From the NCBI RefSeq assembly GCF_000284455.1, contig NC_017039.1:1710001-1742000 (forward strand): a stretch of 32,000 nucleotides of DNA. Direction: 5' to 3'. The stretch's first letter is position 1. Every line of letters begins with the position of its first letter. This DNA is from Synechocystis sp. PCC 6803 substr. PCC-P (GTDB taxonomy: Bacteria > Cyanobacteriota > Cyanobacteriia > Cyanobacteriales > Microcystaceae). The notes under the pieces are model-generated. The model made no database searches and was not told the origin of the DNA. It saw only the letters and a list, made by a program, of their open reading frames with translations. This document shows positions 17,335 to 26,365 of this stretch, in pieces. Position numbers and translations under genes: made by a program.

Positions 17335-17441
17335 TTTCCTCTATTTAAATTGGCGATCGCCTAGGATTTAGATAACCATAACTAATCGATAGATAATTCC
17401 GGTTCCAGCGATAGAATTTCAGAAATTATGGAGATTTCTCA

Positions 17442-17897
17442 GTGAATCATTGGGTTTAGATTAAAGCAACAGTTAAAGCTGGTTATGGAGTTGCTTCCGG
17501 TCAGTCTGGTGATCAACGTTTCCCTGGGGGAACTATTGCTATGCAAAAGCCCTTTTTTGGGAAGCATGGATTAAATTTAGATGATTATTACTTAGGCACA
17601 ATTAACTTAAGCATTGCGCCTCATCAATACAAAATAAAGCTAGCCAAATATACCTTTAAAGAAATACAATAGTCAAGTAAAGATCCAGCGGAAGATTTTT
17701 CTTTTTTTGATTGCCGTATCATTGCTACTGATGCTCAAATAGTTAACGGTCTAATTTATTATCCCCATCCCGAAACCAAGCCTGAGCATTTTCAACCGCC
17801 AGATATTCTAGAATTTATCGGAGCCTTCATTCCTAACTTATACTACGATGACCAGATAACTATTGAAGTTGATTTTAATCAAATTGAAGTTTTTTAA
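17442..17897 (+). pseudogene. Decayed gene of unknown family with two in-frame TAG codons (17457, 17670); not on the ORF track
   Basis: One frame reads (GTG)NHWV-TAG-IKATVKAGYGVASGQSGDQRFPGGTIAMQKPFFGKHGLNLDDYYLGTINLSIAPHQYKIKLAKYTFKEIQ-TAG-SSKDPAEDFSFFDCRIIATDAQIVNGLIYYPHPETKPEHFQPPDILEFIGAFIPNLYYDDQITIEVDFNQIEVF-TAA. It is protein-like over ~150 codons. Confidence 0.55.
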
Positions 17898-17969
17898 AAT
17901 TCCACTAGAAATAATCAATAACTAAAAACCAATTTAGCCTGTAACTAAAATCATGGATACATTTCATAC

Positions 17970-19143
17970 CAGAATCGTTGAATCGCACTTATGTACGACC
18001 TAAAAATAGACAGAATAATCCTATAGCAAAGCAAATTCATCACCTTAGTGCTAACTCCCTTAGCCAGTGTACATAGCTTATTTTTTCACACATGAAAGCC
18101 TGTAAATAACGTAGTTTGTCTAACATTGTTGTACCTGCTTCTTTTGGGATTACCAGTAATTTTAGTATTAAATAAGCAATTATACAGGTATAGATTTGAA
18201 TCCCAATTGCATTCTCATTTTTGGCAATCAGTCTATTCAGCTTTAAGTGCATTTTTAAGAATTTCCATAAAAATTCTATTTGCCATCTTTTTTTATAAAT
18301 TTCTGCTATTTTTTCATCACTAACTCCTTCTATTTCTTTACTTTCTATAGGTAAATTTGTAACCAATCTAAACTCTGAATTATCATGGGTGAATATTACC
18401 ACTCTACTCTCTATTTTATTCTTTCCAGTTCCAACCATATAGTTATCATTGGCTAATTTTTCTAGCTTTATATTATTCTTTATTCTTAATACATGATATT
18501 TGTTATTCTCCTTTTGTAATCTCTTGATTCTCTGTAAGTCACAAAATCCTCTATCCATTACTGCTACTCCATTTTCTGGAGTCTCTTCTATTGTTTCATT
18601 CCCATATTTATTATCATGACCTTGTCCAAAGTGAATTACTATTCCCCCCGGAATCCCTGTTGATAAGTTAATCCCACTGAATACTTTTACCTGATGAAAT
18701 CCAAGGTTCCACATCAACTTACTAGTTATGCTGACAATGGTTGAATCGAGAGGAAATATTTCTAATTCTCCCTGCTTAATTTCCTTCCTTTTCGACAATT
18801 CCTTTTTTAAGGAAAATATTATTTCTCTAAAAACTCCCACATCCCTTTTTTTGCTTGCCTTTGAGAATGTAGATATATCGACTGTCTCTCCTCGTAAGTT
18901 CAGTCTTTTAAACATACTCCTCATGCTTGTCTGGCTCTGGTCTAACATTAATCCTAACCAGATACTCACAAACTTAAATGTGTCTAATACTGGGTAGTCA
19001 TCTTTAGGAAAATTAGATAGATAAGTTTTGACAATATGTCCAAAATTTGATATCATCGCTTCAATTATTCTAATATTTCTGCCCTTTATTCTATCATTTT
19101 AAAGGGCTTTTTTTCTCTTTATAACTATCGTTCAACACTTCTG
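17970..19143 (-). mobile_element. Complete ISY203-type (IS4 family) insertion sequence, 1174 bp
   Basis: Imperfect terminal inverted repeats: CAGAATCGTTGAATCG... (from 17970) against the reverse complement of ...CGTTCAACACTTCTG (ending 19143). The 1174-bp span matches the length I recall for ISY203. It contains a single IS4-type transposase gene. Confidence 0.8.
18040..19056 (-). CDS. IS4-family DDE transposase (338 aa)
   Basis: DDE triad context: FPLDST (D), AVMDRGF (D) and YKKRWQIEFLWKFLK. The last is the IS4-family Y-x2-R-x3-E-x6-K signature. Confidence 0.9.
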   Translation of the reverse strand: MISNFGHIVKTYLSNFPKDDYPVLDTFKFVSIWLGLMLDQSQTSMRSMFKRLNLRGETVDISTFSKASKKRDVGVFREIIFSLKKELSKRKEIKQGELEIFPLDSTIVSITSKLMWNLGFHQVKVFSGINLSTGIPGGIVIHFGQGHDNKYGNETIEETPENGVAVMDRGFCDLQRIKRLQKENNKYHVLRIKNNIKLEKLANDNYMVGTGKNKIESRVVIFTHDNSEFRLVTNLPIESKEIEGVSDEKIAEIYKKRWQIEFLWKFLKMHLKLNRLIAKNENAIGIQIYTCIIAYLILKLLVIPKEAGTTMLDKLRYLQAFMCEKISYVHWLRELALR

Positions 19144-19193
19144 CTTTTGATTAAGTTTTAACTGTCTTTATCGGTTGCGGAGATCAAGAAATT

Positions 19194-20258
19194 TTAGGGA
19201 GCCACCCCCCGTTGTTTCAATAGAGCCTGTCTTTTCTTACGGGCAATTTCCTGGAGATCAATATTCTTATCAGTTTCATCAACAATTTCCCCGGTTAAAA
19301 CTTCAACCACGTCTTCTAGGGTTATCACACCGGCAACGCCGCCATACTCATCAATAACCACCATTAAATGTTCCCGTTTTTCCTGAAATTGCTTTAGAAG
19401 TTTATCGGCTCTCATGCCTTCTGGAACAAATTGGGCTGGTCGAGCTAATTCTGCGATGGTTTTATAGCCTTCTCCTTGGATTAAAGCAGTGAGTAAATCC
19501 TGTTTGAGGGCAATGCCCAAGACTTCATCAATGTATTCATCAACAATTAAAATACGAGTATGTTGGGATTGGATAATATCTTGTTGGCATTCCGCTAAAG
19601 TTAATTCTCCCAAAAGATAGGTGATAATCACCCTGGGGGTCATCAAATCCACTGCCATCAAATCATTAAGCTGGAAAACCCGCTGAATCATTTGTTCTTC
19701 GTCTCCTTCGATTACCCCTTCTTTGTAACCGAGGGTAGCTAGAAACTTAATTTCTGCTTCGTTGGTGCTGGGTACTCTTTTGCCGTGGGTGAAGGGATTG
19801 GTAATTTGTTCAATCAACCACACTAAAGGAGTAAAAATTAAGGTTAAAAATCTTACTGGTATGGCAATCAAAAGGGCAATGTTAGTGGCATATCTTTCCC
19901 CCAGAGTCTTAGGAATAATTTCGCCAAAAACAATAATTAGCAAGGTTAAAATTCCAGAAAAAACTCCCATCCAAGCATCTTGTAGATGTTTAGTTGCTAA
20001 GGCTCCAATGGTGATACTACCCACAATATTAAAAATGTTGTTGAGCACCACAATGGTGCCAATGGGGCGATTCATCCTATGGCGAATAGCTTGGAGGGCA
20101 ATGGCGGAGGGATTATTGGACTGGGATAACTGCCGTACTTTTACCAAGGGCACAGAAAATAGGGCCGCCTCTGCACAGGAACAAATGCCAGAGCCTAACA
20201 AAACAATGAAAATGGCCGCTACAATTTCCAGCATAAAATTCCGAAACCAACTTACCAA
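19194..20258 (-). CDS. CNNM/CorC-type membrane protein (DUF21 transmembrane domain + CBS pair), 354 aa; putative Mg2+/Co2+ efflux
   Basis: An N-terminal 4-TM DUF21-like region (...GEIIPKTLGERY...) is followed by two CBS motifs. There is no CorC_HlyC C-terminal domain. Confidence 0.8.
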   Translation of the reverse strand: MVSWFRNFMLEIVAAIFIVLLGSGICSCAEAALFSVPLVKVRQLSQSNNPSAIALQAIRHRMNRPIGTIVVLNNIFNIVGSITIGALATKHLQDAWMGVFSGILTLLIIVFGEIIPKTLGERYATNIALLIAIPVRFLTLIFTPLVWLIEQITNPFTHGKRVPSTNEAEIKFLATLGYKEGVIEGDEEQMIQRVFQLNDLMAVDLMTPRVIITYLLGELTLAECQQDIIQSQHTRILIVDEYIDEVLGIALKQDLLTALIQGEGYKTIAELARPAQFVPEGMRADKLLKQFQEKREHLMVVIDEYGGVAGVITLEDVVEVLTGEIVDETDKNIDLQEIARKKRQALLKQRGVAP

Positions 20259-20338
20259 GATTATAGACCATGGCTATTTTCCCCTAGACTGGAGGGCTAG
20301 GAACAAACTTGTCACAAATTCCGCAATTCTTTTTTGCC

Positions 20339-21676
20339 ATGGCTGACCCCACCAAAATCATTGTTATTGATGATGACCCCACCGGCTCCCAAACGGTTCA
20401 CAGTTGCCTGTTGCTGATGCAGTGGGACGTGGAAACTCTGCGGCAAGGTCTACGGGATGAAAGTCCGATCTTTTTTATTCTCAGCAACACCAGGGCCTTA
20501 CCCCCAACTCAGGCGGAACAGGTAGTGATGGAAATTTGCCAGAATTTAAAACTAGCCCTAGCAACGGAAGCGGTCGATCACTACTTGGTTGTAAGTCGTT
20601 CTGATTCCACTCTGCGGGGCCATTACCCCTTGGAAACCGATGTGATCAACCGGGAGTTGGGACCGTTTGATGCCCATTTTCTGGTGCCAGCCTTTTTTGA
20701 AGGGGGCAGGGTAACCAAGGACAGTGTCCATTACCTGATTGTGGATGGTGAATTGGTGCCCGTGGCGGCAACGGAATTTGCCCAGGATTCGGTGTTTGGC
20801 TACCACCATAGTTATTTGCCTGATTATGTGGCAGAAAAAACCCAAGGCAAGATTGGGGCGGCCCAGGTGGAACGCATCACCCTAGGGGATCTTAGTGAGG
20901 CCAATAATGCTTTAGGCGATCGCCTGATGGATTTTAACCATAACCAGTGTGTGGTGGTGGACGGAGAAACCCAAAAAGATTTTGATCGCCTGGCGGCAAG
21001 TATGCTCATAGCTAGTGGCCAGGGCAAACATTTTCTGTTGCGGAGTGCGGCCAGTATTCTCACATCCCTAGCTAATTTGGGGCCCCAACCAGTGGCTCCG
21101 GTGGCCATGGCCAGCTATAAACCCACCAACCAACCAGGAATAATTTTGGTGGGCTCCCATGTGCAAAAAACCACCGAACAATTGATGACATTGCTCAAGG
21201 ATCAAACGGTGCAGGGCATTGAAATTCCAGTGCAACAATTGCGGGATCATCCCGATAGTCCAGCCGAAATTATTGTCAATGCTTTGACGGCGGTGAACGA
21301 AATTCGCGCCGAGGGAAAAACACCGGTAATTTACACCAGTCGAGGGGAATTAAGTTTTGCCTCAGTGCAGGCACGGTTAGACTTTGGCGTTACCCTGTCC
21401 CAACTGTTGATGAAAATTGTCCAACAATTACCCCAGGACATCAGCTTTTTGATCAGCAAAGGAGGTATTACTTCCAATGACGTGCTGAGCGTGGGATTAC
21501 AGTTAACTTCTGTACGGTTGTTGGGGCAAATTATTCCCGGTTGTTCCCTAGTGAGAACGGATGAGGATCATCCCCGTTTTCCCCTTTTGCCGGTGGTTTT
21601 ATTTCCCGGTAACGTAGGCAATGCTCGGGGTTTAGCCACAGTTTATGAACGTTTGTCCGACAAGCCTAATTCTTGA
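20339..21676 (+). CDS. Four-carbon acid-sugar kinase family protein (DUF1537; OtnK/DtnK-like), ~445 aa
   Basis: It has the N-terminal IVIDDDPTGSQT motif (family DD.TG). The two-domain size and the C-terminal ...ISKGGITS... nucleotide-binding segment also fit. ATG at 20339 is preferred to the track's TTG at 20309. Confidence 0.7.
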   Translation: MADPTKIIVIDDDPTGSQTVHSCLLLMQWDVETLRQGLRDESPIFFILSNTRALPPTQAEQVVMEICQNLKLALATEAVDHYLVVSRSDSTLRGHYPLETDVINRELGPFDAHFLVPAFFEGGRVTKDSVHYLIVDGELVPVAATEFAQDSVFGYHHSYLPDYVAEKTQGKIGAAQVERITLGDLSEANNALGDRLMDFNHNQCVVVDGETQKDFDRLAASMLIASGQGKHFLLRSAASILTSLANLGPQPVAPVAMASYKPTNQPGIILVGSHVQKTTEQLMTLLKDQTVQGIEIPVQQLRDHPDSPAEIIVNALTAVNEIRAEGKTPVIYTSRGELSFASVQARLDFGVTLSQLLMKIVQQLPQDISFLISKGGITSNDVLSVGLQLTSVRLLGQIIPGCSLVRTDEDHPRFPLLPVVLFPGNVGNARGLATVYERLSDKPNS

Positions 21677-21836
21677 TCAATTTTTTACTAATTCATCCCA
21701 ATTATCGTCGTTGATTTGCTGACTGGTTGACTTGCTTGAACAGGGGGAAATTGATTGTTAACTAGACTTTTTCGGTCGGCGATCGCCAGCAACTAAGTAA
21801 CTCCTTTGTCCATTTCTCACAGACCATATTACAGCT

Positions 21837-23351
21837 ATGACCATTGGCATTTGGATATTGGGAGATCAACTTTGGTCGGGGCAGACGGCCTTAAAAAGCC
21901 ATCAAGGCGATCGCTCACAGGTCCCCGTTCTCCTGATCGAGTCGGCGGAATTTGCCCGTCAACGACCCTACCATCGCCAAAAATTAGTGTTGGTTTGGTC
22001 CGCCATGCGCCACTTTGCTGAAGATTTGAGGGCCGAGGGCTGGTCCGTTACCTATGAAATTGCCGCAGATTTCCTCACTCCCCTACACCATTGGCTTAAA
22101 ACCCAGGGCGTTAGTCACCTCCAAGTCATGGCCCCTGGCGATCGCCCCTTTGAAGCTTGGTTAAAATCTTTGACTCTGCCCTGTGAACTAACCCTATTAC
22201 CCAACAATCATTTTCTCTGGTCTAGGGAGGATTTTTCCGCCTGGGCTGGCGATCGTAAGCGCCTATTACTGGAAGATTTTTACCGTGCAGGGCGCAAACG
22301 TTGGCAAATTTTGATGGTGGATGATCAACCTGTGGGGGGCCGCTGGAATTTTGACCAGGATAATCGCAAGCCCGCCAAAAAGAACCTTTCTCCCCCCAAG
22401 CCCCTTTCTTTTCCCCCCGATGACATTACCCAACAGGTTATCGAACGGATAGAACAATTAAATTTACCTGGTTATGGGCAATTATCTGGCTTTCAATGGG
22501 GAGTTAGCCGTCAAGACGCCCTGCAAGGGCTGAAATATTTTGTTGATGTTGGTTTAAGTCAATTTGGCACCTACCAAGATGCCATGGTAATGGGGCAGAA
22601 AACCCTCTGGCACAGTCTGATTTCCCCCTATTTAAATTTAGGATTGTTGACCCCATTAGAAGTTATTGAAGCAGCTACTAACGCCTTTGCCACCCAAGAC
22701 ATTTCTTTAAACAATGTGGAGGGATTTATTCGTCAGGTTTTGGGCTGGCGGGAATATATGCAGGGCATTTATCAATGGGTAGATGAAGATTACGGGCAGG
22801 GTAATTGGTTTAACCATGACTTTCCTTTGCCTGAGTTTTATTGGCAATCCAGCCACACCAAAATGAATTGTTTAGCCACTGTCTTAAACCAAGTCGAAGA
22901 AACAGGTTATGCTCACCATATTCAACGATTAATGGTTCTCAGCAACTTTGCCTTAATTGTTGGCGTTAATCCTCAAAAACTCCAAGACTGGTTCCATGCC
23001 GCTTTTATCGATGCCTACGACTGGGTAATGCAAACCAATGTGTTAGGAATGGGGCAGTTTGCAGATGGAGGAATATTAGCATCAAAACCCTATGCTTCTT
23101 CTGCTAACTACATTAATAAAATGAGTGATTATTGCCAACAATGCTCCTACAACCATAAAGCTAGAACTGGTAAAGATGCCTGTCCCTTTAACTATTTCTA
23201 TTGGGATTTTCTTGCACGGCATCAAGAAAAATTACAACACACTGGAAGGATGGGTCTTATTTTGGCCAATTTAAAACGAATTGAACCAACCGAAATGTCG
23301 GCAATGCAAACGTTAGCTGAGAACTGGCGTCAGGCTCATTTAAACTCATAG
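21837..23351 (+). CDS. Iron-sulfur bacterial cryptochrome/photolyase (FeS-BCP; PhrB/CryB-like (6-4) photolyase class), 504 aa
   Basis: It fits the photolyase-related COG3046-type architecture. Four Cys lie at codons 345, 433, 436 and 449 (C..88..CxxC..12..C). That spacing is what I recall for the [4Fe-4S] ligands of Agrobacterium PhrB. Confidence 0.8.
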   Translation: MTIGIWILGDQLWSGQTALKSHQGDRSQVPVLLIESAEFARQRPYHRQKLVLVWSAMRHFAEDLRAEGWSVTYEIAADFLTPLHHWLKTQGVSHLQVMAPGDRPFEAWLKSLTLPCELTLLPNNHFLWSREDFSAWAGDRKRLLLEDFYRAGRKRWQILMVDDQPVGGRWNFDQDNRKPAKKNLSPPKPLSFPPDDITQQVIERIEQLNLPGYGQLSGFQWGVSRQDALQGLKYFVDVGLSQFGTYQDAMVMGQKTLWHSLISPYLNLGLLTPLEVIEAATNAFATQDISLNNVEGFIRQVLGWREYMQGIYQWVDEDYGQGNWFNHDFPLPEFYWQSSHTKMNCLATVLNQVEETGYAHHIQRLMVLSNFALIVGVNPQKLQDWFHAAFIDAYDWVMQTNVLGMGQFADGGILASKPYASSANYINKMSDYCQQCSYNHKARTGKDACPFNYFYWDFLARHQEKLQHTGRMGLILANLKRIEPTEMSAMQTLAENWRQAHLNS

Positions 23352-23409
23352 TAGATTCCCAATCAAAGCACTCCGGGTAGTTCAAATAGGACTGAAAAAT
23401 TGTTTAAAA

Positions 23410-26238
23410 CTAAACTTTGTTCGGTAAAGGATAATGGGTTCTTAGCCAAGCTTCTTCCTGTTGGCGATCGCCTAATTCTCCGTCTAGGCAAGCGTTTAAT
23501 AAATCAGTCAAAATTTGCTTAAATTGGGGCCCCGGTTTATAACCCAGCGCTTTGAGGTCGTGGCCAGTTAAAAATGGCGACACTTGGCATAGCTGGCTGA
23601 AATAAAACCAAATTTGCTTTCTCAACAGCTTATTTCCCCTGGCGGCCACCAGGAATAAACTGAAGCGGTCATAATCCTTCAATGTTTGGTAAATGACGCT
23701 GGACTTTGGACTGGACTTTGGAGATGCTGGGGAATTTAAACCCTTGGCGATCGCCGTTTCGATGGTTTCTAAGTTAGTTAATCCGTCAATGGTGGCCTTG
23801 GGTAACTGTAAGCCCGCCGCAATTTTTTCCCTTTCCTGGGGTGGTAAAGCCCCCAATAAAATACCTAGGCGCAGTAACCAATGTTCTAGGTTTCGCTCCG
23901 GGTCAAACCAGCGTAACCAGCGGGAGAGATAACGTACTTGCCACCATAATTGCTCTGTTAGCTTTAGCTCTGCATGAAGACATTTAAGCGCATCTAAATC
24001 CGCCAGTAACGTCAATGCCCCTTTCCAATAGGGGGCTTTGAGAATAATAGAAAGCTCCGCCTTTAAACGGGTAGTTAGGGCCGGAGTGGGATGCTCCGTT
24101 AGCCGCCAACGTTCATAGACTCCACTGGCGATCGCATAGCGGATATAGGTTTCCGTCTGGGGTTCCAGTTCAAAGCCGAGGCGCACCACAAACCGCACTG
24201 CTCGGTAAATGCGGGTGGGGTCTTCAATGAAACTATTGGCGTGTAATACCCTCACCTGTTGGCTTTGCAGGTCATTCATGCCGCCAAAAAAGTCTAACAA
24301 TTTGCCCGGATTGGGATTGGTTAAGCGGATGGAAAGGGCGTTAATGGTAAAGTCCCGCCGGTATAAATCCTGGCGAATGGAACTAGCTTCCACTTCTGGG
24401 TTCGCCGCTGGATAGGGATAAAACTCTGTGCGGGCAGTGGCAATGTCTACCCACAGGGTATCTAGCTGGGGATCTTTATGCCAGAGCAACGCCGCCGTTT
24501 GGAATTCCCCATGGACCGATAACCTCGCGCCGGGATAGTCCCCCTGCAAAGCTTGGGCTAACTCAACCCCAGCCCCCACATCCGCCGTGGCATGGAAGCC
24601 ATCCACCACCAAATCAATATCTTGAAAAGTAATGTTTTGATGTTTTTCTGCCCCCTGGGAATGGCGGAGCCACAAATCGCGCACAGCTCCCCCCACCAGA
24701 TATAAATGCCAACCCCTAGTCTGGGCCTGTTGAGCGGCCGTAGTTAATAATTGCCAAGTGGCCGGTGGTAAATGGGTTTTTAGCAGTTGCAGTAGGCTAC
24801 CCTGGCCAAAATTCTGATTAGGAGTGGTCGGGCGATCTCGCAGAGATCCGCTGCGCGGTGCGCCAAACCGTCCCGATTGTTCTTGTTTATCCTGCAATAA
24901 TTGCCGTAACACATCGGTCCGGGTCACAATGCCCACTAATTTTTCCTGGTCCATAACAGGCAAGCGACCCACGTCATCGGCCACCATAATCGCTTCAATG
25001 CGGGGTAAGGGGGTGTCAGGGGCAATGGTTTTAACGTTGCGGGTCATGTAACCTTTTACCGGGGCATGGCTGAAACCGTGGTGCAGGGCTAAATCCAAAT
25101 CCCGACGGGAAATAATGCCCACCAATTTTTCTTCTTGATTCACCACTGTCAAACCAGAATGGCCGTAACGAAACAAAACCCGTTGGGCCTGTTCAATGGT
25201 GGTGTGTGGTCGAATGGTCCGCACCGGAGAAGACATAAAATCCCTAGCCAATAGGGGTTTGGGAATTTGTCTTTGTAAAGCTTGGTAGATTTCTGCCATT
25301 ACGGTGGTTGGCTCAACATCCCGCAAATTAACCGCTGCCGCCTGGGCATGGCCCCCGCCGCCATAGGGTTCCAACAATTGGGTTAAATCCGTATCGGGAA
25401 TACGGGTACGGCCAATGAGGGAAAAGCGTTGGTTACTAATTACTCCGGTTTTTTCTCGCTGTTCATCGTTTTTGGTTTTATCTTTGCCTTTGTCGTAAAC
25501 ATGACCCAGTAGTAGGGCATCACATTCTGTCAGAGATAATAATCTTTCCGTCAAATGGGACAGGCCCGGCACAAAATTTTCCGTGGTTAAGAGCACTGAA
25601 CCGAGCCAATAGCCCCGCACCATTTCCTTGTGGAGATTTTGCATCGCTTCCGCAAACAAAAATTGCAGAGGTGGGGGAAAGCCTGGGTCAGCGTATTCCG
25701 CAATCAAACGTAAATTAGCTCCCTGTTCCATTAACCAAGCTAGGGCTTTTACATCCCGCACTGTGGTTTGGGTAAAGGTCAAACTGCCGGTGTCCACATG
25801 GATACCCAGGGCCATTACCGACGCTTCCACCATGGAAAGACTTATATCAGCCCGTTGTAATTTCTCCACAATTAAAGTTGTACTGGCCCCCACCGCTTCC
25901 AGCTCCCAAATATCCGCTTCGATATCCCTAGGACTGTTGAGATGATGGTCATAAATGGCAACCTGTCGCAGATGGGGCAACGTTAACCAGTCCGCTGCTT
26001 TGCCCAGGCGATCACCTTGTTGATTATCGACAATGTAGAGGGAACGAATTTTGTCGGGGTTGACGCTCCGCAGTTCAATGAGGGGAAATTCGTTACGATG
26101 GAGTGCTAAAAATTGCCGCACTGTGGGATGGGAACCACCAGTCAAGACAATGCGACTGCCGGGATGGAGTTTGGCTAGCCCCACCGCCGCCCCTAACACA
26201 TCAAAGTCCGCCGTTTGATGGCAAAGAATTAAATCCAT
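23410..26238 (-). CDS. Multidomain DHH-DHHA1 phosphoesterase + CBS pair + class II tRNA nucleotidyltransferase/poly(A) polymerase-family enzyme (942 aa)
   Basis: DHH domain: ADFDVLG, DHH at aa 97-99, GGGH at aa 294-297. CBS pair: aa ~333-447. NTase head: YLVGGAVRD (aa ~513-521), [28 protein letters not shown]. Confidence 0.9.
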
Positions 26239-26365
26239 AGGTTTTCTAACAAACCTTGATTAAAGTTAGATATCAACATTATCCTTTGCCTCGAACGTAT
26301 AGATAGAGGGATTAATTCGACATTCCACTGGCAAAAGATATCATCCCGGCAAGCCTTGAAACTGG

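Noticed and set aside
17955-19160. A target-site duplication flanking the ISY203-type element.
   Set aside because: The flanks (…ATTTCATAC and CTTTTGATT…) show no convincing direct repeat. My end placement may be off by a few nt, the element may make no visible or only a very short duplication, or the flanks have recombined.
19762-20346. A 194-aa ORF on the plus strand, antisense to the CNNM gene and running into the start of the DUF1537 kinase gene.
   Set aside because: It is a shadow ORF of a well-supported membrane-protein gene. It has no recognisable domain and lies out of frame with the downstream kinase gene.
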